Shown: positions 47,329 through 53,971 of the stretch, in pieces
How positions within the stretch are numbered: position 1 is the stretch's first letter
Layout of the letters: each line of letters opens with the position of its first letter
Origin: Dicyema japonicum
Lineage: Eukaryota; Animalia; Dicyemida
Length of the DNA: 53,971 bases
Direction: 5' to 3'
NCBI GenBank assembly: GCA_011109175.1
Contig: RDEW01000094.1
Location: forward strand, 51,350-105,320
Position numbers and translations under genes: made by a program
Notes under the pieces: model-generated
What the model saw: only the letters and a program-made list of their open reading frames with translations
What the model was told of the DNA's origin: nothing
Databases searched by the model: none

Positions 47329-50300
47329 CAGGGTTTTTTTATTAATAAATTTTTTTAAATAATAAAAATTTTTTAACAATGTCAGAAAATTTAATAATTT
47401 TGTCAAAATTTTTAATAATTCGTCAAAATACTTAATAACTTTGTCAAAATGTTTAATAACTGTCAAAGGTCAAATTAAAAAACAAATTTTATAGTTAATT
47501 AAAAAACAACAGTAAATTAAAATTCCTCATTAGCTAATGCTTTACTAAATAGCTCTGCATGTGGAATTACAAATTATTGCACACATCTGATGGAATTTCT
47601 CCGATGTTTTGGATTGCGTTTGTTATTTCCTTAGAGTCCCTACAATTTTTCTTTTTGATGTTATTTTTTCAAAAGGAAAAAAACTTTTCAATGTGACTAA
47701 GTTGAGTAGTATAAGGAGGCAAAAATACAATTCATACCCTGAACACGTTAAAAATTAATTGGATACCAGTTCCTAATACAACATTTTTTAATTGCTCGCT
47801 CTTGTGAATTGATGCAGGCAAAACTTACTGTATTTTTGTATTTTAACGCTAGAAACAACTGTCTGGTAGTTAATACAGATGTTTTCGCTTATTTTTGAAT
47901 AAGCCAACCCTGCTTCATATTTATTTATAAGTTTTCGGTTATCCTCGGATACAGTAGTATTTTTGATTCTGTAACTATTCATTTAGAGCGAAAATTTGTT
48001 TTTATAGGAACTTAATAATCCAATTATTATTGTTACCTCCAGGATCACTGTATCAAAGAGAAAGAAATAAAAGCTCTCATGTAACTTCGTGATCCCAGAT
48101 CGACAAAGGTAAGGACGAGTCCGGCCGGCGGGTCGAGAATCCTGAACAGCTCATCTCATTGGACATGCCATCGGCTCAAAATTTCTGTATGATTGTAGAT
48201 TTTCGATAGTATTTGGAAATAGAGGGCAGCTCGGTAAAATGCATCCTTTAAGAGTTTCCGTTGTAATTCGTTAAGAAATTTTCAATGGCTGGATTTTGTG
48301 TTCTGATCCAATTATCTTTATTCCGGTCTCCTCGATTGCCGATAGTTTCAATGAGGGGATCGTGAAATTGAATTGCCCATGAAGACTTGCATACGTCATC
48401 GTTGGTCGATAAATTGTTCATAAATCGTGGCAGGGTCACCAGTTTAGTTTCTAAGTGTTTTTGAGAGCACTTTTAAATTCTCATTTTTTCAGAGCAGAAG
48501 TTACTCTGTTTTCAACATGCCGGATAAAGGTGAGTCCCTGATCAAAGGTTACTCCCAGAATCTTCGATGTTTTGCTAATAGAGATAGCTTCGTTCTTCAT
48601 AAAGACTTTTGGTTCGATACAGAGCTGTCTTTTGTAAGTGGTAAACATCGTGACAGAGGACTTTGTTGCTGATGTGTCGAGTCTCCACTTCGAAAGCCAT
48701 AGTTCGAGCTTGTCAAGCATTTGTTGAGAGGACTGAGTCGCTGATTGAATGCTTCTGTCCTTGGAGGCAAGAATGATATCGTCGGCATAGGAGAGGATTA
48801 GACAGTTTTCATTACAGGTTTGTGGCATGTCGTTTATGTAGAGATTGAAGAGTTGGGGTGATAGTGGGGAGCCTTGAGGGACTCCATTTGGGAAATAGCG
48901 AGATCTTGATTTGATGTTGTTGCAGAGTACTTGTGCTCGTCTTCCATTTAGGAAGTTTCCAAGCCAAAGTTTCAGGTTCGGATGGATGTTGGTTTCGAAT
49001 ATTTTCTTTGTTAGGAGTTTCCTAGGGACTGAGTCGAACGCTTTTGTGATGTCCACGGATATAAGTACTGTCCTCTGATGGGGTTTGGGGGAGTTAAATC
49101 CTTCCGCAATGAATTGTGTGAGGGTTGTAAGGTGTGTTGTCGTCGAATGGTTGTCCCGGAATCCGTGCTGGGTCGGAGGTATTGAGATTGAGTCTTGTAT
49201 TTTTCCAAAACAAGCCTTTCAAGGATCCTTGAGACCGGACTTAGAATAGATATTGGGCGATAGGAAGATGGTTCATCTATTGGTTTGTTAGGTTTTCGGA
49301 TAGGTCTGATTAGAGACTTCTTCCATATTTCAGGGATTGTATTTGTGTTAATGGATAGGTTTAGATATAGGCTAATAGTTCCAGGGCTCGATGGCCTAGG
49401 TGCCTCAGTTCACATGTGGTTATGTTGTCTGGTCCTTTGGCGTCTGAGTTGTTGGCCTTGAATATGGCTCTGCGAACATCCTGACTAGTAAATAGGATCC
49501 AGTCATCGGAGCGTTTCGGTTCAATCTTTTTCAGGAATACTTGGTGTTCTTTTGAAAACTTCTTGTAGGAGATATCTGTATAATATTTTATCAGAGTGTC
49601 TAGTTCTATGTAGACTTCGCATTTTCTCTCTGGCTAGGATCTTTTGATGTTCTTGATCAACTTCCAGACTTTCTGCATTGGGGGGTTTTTGTAGAGAGCT
49701 TTCGATAGTCTCGTCCATCTATTTGCATTTTCTGTCTTTATGTTGTTGTCGATCTCTCTGTTCAATTCTCGTATTTTCCTGATGTTCTCTTCTGTTGGCG
49801 ATTTTACCATCTTTAGATTATTTCGTTTTCTGATCAGATGTTTCGTCATTGTGTTGAAACGTTTTGATGACGTTGGTTGTCTCCCCATAGGAATGTACTT
49901 CTTTTCGCAGCGTTTTAATGGAGTTGAACCATTTCACTAATTGTTCGACGGAGGGAAGTGGGGAAATTTAATAGTCCAATGCAATTATCGACGTATCCTT
50001 GAATCCTCTCCAATTGCAAGGCTGTAATTAGTTATCGTTGGACATTGTCCGTTTATCCCTGACCTCGTTTTGACCTCCAAAATATTGGTTGTGGTCACTC
50101 CGGGTGTCATATTTCACTGACCAGTCAATAAGAGGGCCAAGGACGGTGATGAAGTGAGATCTCGATAGAAGAAGGTTTATGTTACGTCGAGTAAGTGTTC
50201 TTGTATGAGATGCAGGATCGTTGAGTATACATAGGCTGTGGAGGTCCTCAATTATCATCTTCCCTCTTTTGTCGTAGGTTTGTCCTGTCAGTCACAGTGG

Positions 50301-50533
50301 GTGCTTCGCATTGAAGTCACCACTGATAATCACATTCTTCAGTGATGTGAGAAAGTCAATCTGGGAACACTGGAAGAGCAGGAACTCAACGGTGGGAGAT
50401 ACGCGTTGACCAATATTATTAATAGTCCAATAAATATAAATAATAATCCCATAAATATTTGACAAAGTTATTAAACATTTTGATAAAGTTAGTAAATTTT
50501 TTTACAAAGTTATTAAACAAATAGGAAAACCTG
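47329..50533 (-). mobile_element. Inverted-arm copy of the Tc1-like element with its nested LINE (48025-50418)
   Basis: Reverse complement of 34980-38160; RT ORF 48481-49056 (DITKAFD, GVPQGSPLSP, YADD). Confidence 0.8.
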
Positions 50534-51180
50534 TAATAAAAAAACGTGTGTGTCTGGTGTGGTTGATTGTATGTCAGTTTTCTCAAGTACGGAAACAAAT
50601 CCTGTTGGCCTTCCTACTGATTTGATGGAAGAAATACATTATCCGAAGTAGGACATTGGCTTCAGGGCTGCATGAACCACTTGGGGTTAGTGGTGGACAC
50701 AACAGCCTGTACTGACACCATACCTCTGAGGACAGTGATCGTTCTTGTTTGTCACAATGACAAGTTTCAGTGGACGAGTGAAGTCGTTGGCTGCTACAAA
50801 ATAAGATTCGAGAGGATTCTTCGTGGTGGATTGCAATTGATTGCCGACACCTTTAATGAGAGGTTTTCGACCTGAAAGAGCATTTCAATGTCACGAAATT
50901 GTTTTAAGGTGAGGGATCCTAAGGAACCGATGTGCTTACTGCATTGAATGCAGCCATTGCAATTATATGGCCCCAACGACAGGGATCTTAACGAAGTAAA
51001 AACATTTATACGGATGATATGGCGTTTTAAGTGGAAGTTACACATCATGTAATGTAGGAGAATATGAAAAACTAAAAGAGTAAGGAGGTAAAAAAGAATG
51101 ATGAATATACTTGCATCTTATGGATATAAGAACTCCGAAAGGGAGAATTTGCATAGTAGTTGCAGCCATTACAGAAAAAC

Positions 51181-51534
51181 TATACCATTTCAGGTTTTAA
51201 AGTGGGTCTTACCAAAAGCAAAGTGGACAAATTATTTTTTTGTTATAGGATGAAGATTAATTTCAATTGCAAAGTTTCGAGATCAATTGCAAAAGTGACT
51301 AAGCAAAAACCTATATATTTGCATGTCTGTGCAAATTTTCATTTTTTTTAATTGCCTGCGCAATAAAGTTTCTGAAGCTGCAAGTAGAAAAATCTTATTA
51401 TCGGGGCTTATGAGGGAGATGGTGACTGGAGGGAACTTGCAAAATCTCTCGATGTTCCGAAAACTACTACTTATCGTTGGTTGAAAAACAAAAACAAACC
51501 TGATCAGCGAGGGGGGGTCAAAAGCAAAAAAATT
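51181..51534 (+). mobile_element. One TIR plus HTH start of the Tc1/IS630 element, truncated at the arm boundary
   Basis: Reverse complement of 33953-34307. Confidence 0.85.
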
Positions 51535-52599
51535 ATACTGGAAATCTTCACAATCCGTGGAGCATGACTTTCAGTGGTCTTCTTCTTTGTGGGTCTAATT
51601 GTTATTGAGATTGCATGAATATCGAGGATTTATCATAAATAGTTATTCAACAAAAACATCAAAGACGTCTTTGGGTTAATAAAACTAAGGGTTAAATATT
51701 TTGATACTATCCGAGGATTTTTTGTTTGTTCCACCTGTGATTGAACGTTGTTTGTTAATTATTAATCCGTATTATTTCGTTGGAAATAAACGGAATCTAT
51801 CTGATCGATTGTAGACATCAATAAAGTCTTCCACATGGCATGATATTGATGGCCTATGGATTTATGGTTGAAATAGACCTAAAACATTAAAATGGCTAAA
51901 CCCTTAATTTCATATTCTTTCATTCATAACGATTCGCAAGATTTTTAATGCTCTCAGAGGTCGTGATACAATGTATTCTCCAGTGTGCCATAATTATCAT
52001 ATAATGAGTCCAAGTGTACTAATTATTTCAGAAAGATTTTAGAAGTTAATAAGATCATTGATATTTGATAATAAATCCCAAAGTTTGTTGTTGGTTTGAA
52101 GAAATACGTTGTGTCAAAACAACTTCAACATTTCTATATTAGCTAAATTTACTTTAGAATACTCACTAGAGTGAGCAATATTAATTCTAAAAGTATGTAC
52201 AATATCTTACGTCTTCTCGATCTTATTGTTTATTTTAGAAAAACAATATTTTTATACCAAGTTTTGCGGACACAATGTGCAGGCAGTTGTCATCAAAATG
52301 TTTTTCACTTTGAGGTGAATATCAAAATTAACTTTGGTTATCATTGGGATATGTGCAGCTTTAAAAACGGTTTTTAATATTTCAAAAGATGTCTTTATTC
52401 ATTAAAAGATTATTTATTATTTTTTTCGATATCTCTTTCGAAAAGTGGAATCAATCAGCTAACTGATAGCACGAAATAGCATCATTTTATATAATTTACA
52501 CTTTGAGTTATTTCATTAAAAGTATGCGAGTATAGCTCCAAGTAGTATTGCAAGAGATGTGTTAATAAAAAATTTTTTTTCAATTTTGTATTAAAAAAT

Positions 52600-52860
52600 T
52601 TTTGGGTAATCAATTATTATTAAAACAAAATATCAGAATGATCTCCGTCGAATATCGACGTTGACCAACTCTAAAAACTGCCGATTCTTACGTGAGACAT
52701 GGCTTTTTAGTGTAGTTAGGGGTCAAAGTTTATTTAGAAAACGAAGAGATTACTCTTGTTGTCCATGTTGTCTCAACAACGATTGGGTAGAACGTGAATC
52801 GATCGAGTAGCGTTTAGTAATTTTTCTTTTTGTCCTCATTGTTTTTTTGCGGATATGTGT
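52600..52860 (-). pseudogene. Old CRE-like 3' end remnant
   Basis: EDKKKNY*TLLDRFTFYPIVVET...ESAVFRVGQR resembles DRYRFVPVAIETSG...EAVWLRQR. Confidence 0.55.
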
Positions 52861-53971
52861 GTTACCGCGCTTCGAAATTGTGAATGGGCCAAAAAGGGTT
52901 GACCAAGTAGCCTTAAATTAAAAATTAGCCAATAATAAAGAGAATGACTTTTTTAATAGAAAAAATTTCAAAATGTGGCCAATTTTCGGAGGTCGATTGT
53001 ATTCATATTTCTTCATTGATTTCCAATTTATTGCAAAAGATTAGCAATACAGCCCCATTTTCAAATCGTATCACTTTCGATTTGCTCAATTGATTTTTAA
53101 CCCATAAGACTTGAGTCAGAATTCAAAGACTGGTCTTTAAGGTATTTGACGATTTGGTCATTTTGACATATATTGGAAGATATCTCGAATCGCTGCATTA
53201 TAAATTAAATCAGCTTTCCGACATTTTCTGATGAAAATATGAGTGACATTTTCATAACTTTTATCTCACTTTCAAATTGATTAACGATCTTACGTATCTC
53301 TATGTTTCAATTGTAAGCGACAGGGTCTCAGATGCTATAGTAATGTTTCTTTAAATTATACTTATGAAACACTGCAATTATTCATCGGATGGAAATTCGA
53401 ATAATTAGTTCTTGAGAGCCGTCTTGTCATTCTGGGTTTGCCCTTCTAAAGTCCTACCGCCTAATCAAATTGATATCTTTGATTACCAGATGTCTCAACG
53501 GAAATCGACTGAAGGTGAACTGATCCTATACACAGTATTTCTTCTTTTCGAATCTTCAGTAATACTCGCTGAGAAACCTCTAAAGTGATGACTTGAGTAG
53601 ATTGCTTTTAAAGCTTTCCTTTATTTGTCGTTATTCCACTCAGCCTCTTGCTATCCATTGCCAAGTTCGATGGGTCCAATGCAAGTGAATCGGAATAACT
53701 GATATTCCCGAGTTGGCAAGTAGTCCGGAATAGTTTATGTTCTGAAATAACGGAATGACGACTTTGTAGATGAGAACAGAGCTATTAGTACTCGGAAACA
53801 AGAGCCACAAAATTATGAAATTATAATTTCGTAGTAGAATGTAGCTAAACGAAAATAACGTCCGCAAATATTTCTAACCAAAAAAAAACGAGAAGACAAT
53901 CCATAACATGAGCGATTCGGGTTTTCAAATAAAATATGGTTTTCATAGTCTATCACATTTCTGTACCTCAG

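Larger units (their letters stand above)
33953..51534. repeat. ~7.1-kb inverted duplication: arms 33953-41058 and 44436-51534, ~3.4-kb spacer
   Basis: Reverse-complement colinearity of Tc1 end, nested TEs, WDR24 and its upstream region. Confidence 0.95.

Noticed and set aside
53300-53971. Possible micro-intron host gene on the minus strand
   Set aside because: Short open stretches exist, but I recognised no homology and could not build a consistent model.

Overview
AT-rich eukaryotic DNA dominated by nested transposable elements and a ~210-bp satellite; there are no prokaryotic features. Only one host gene is recognisable: WDR24 (GATOR2/SEA2). It is present twice as the core of a ~7.1-kb inverted duplication (33953-41058 / 44436-51534) whose right arm starts at a single N (44435). 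The left copy reconstructs as a ~706-aa ORF after removing 14 inferred GT-AG introns of 17-24 nt, plus an unresolved 11-nt/frameshift problem at the 5' end. The right copy has two broken acceptors and a nonsense codon. Such micro-introns suggest a compact-genome parasite (dicyemid, myxozoan or similar; this is inference only). Mobile elements include two copies of a Jockey/I-group-like LINE. Its AUG-less ORF2 overlaps ORF1 across an in-phase G_GAU_UUA heptamer, 8-nt spacer and GC-rich hairpin, a candidate -1 frameshift cassette and the strongest new observation. Also present: a head-to-tail stack of related LINEs, two CRE-like RLE LINEs with N-terminal PHD fingers, a LINE with a 2A peptide, an RTE LINE, pogo, Tc1/IS630 and piggyBac remnants, and a TGT...ACA Ginger-like non-autonomous element. 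All family assignments come from motif recall, not database searches. Many single-base frameshifts may be sequencing errors.
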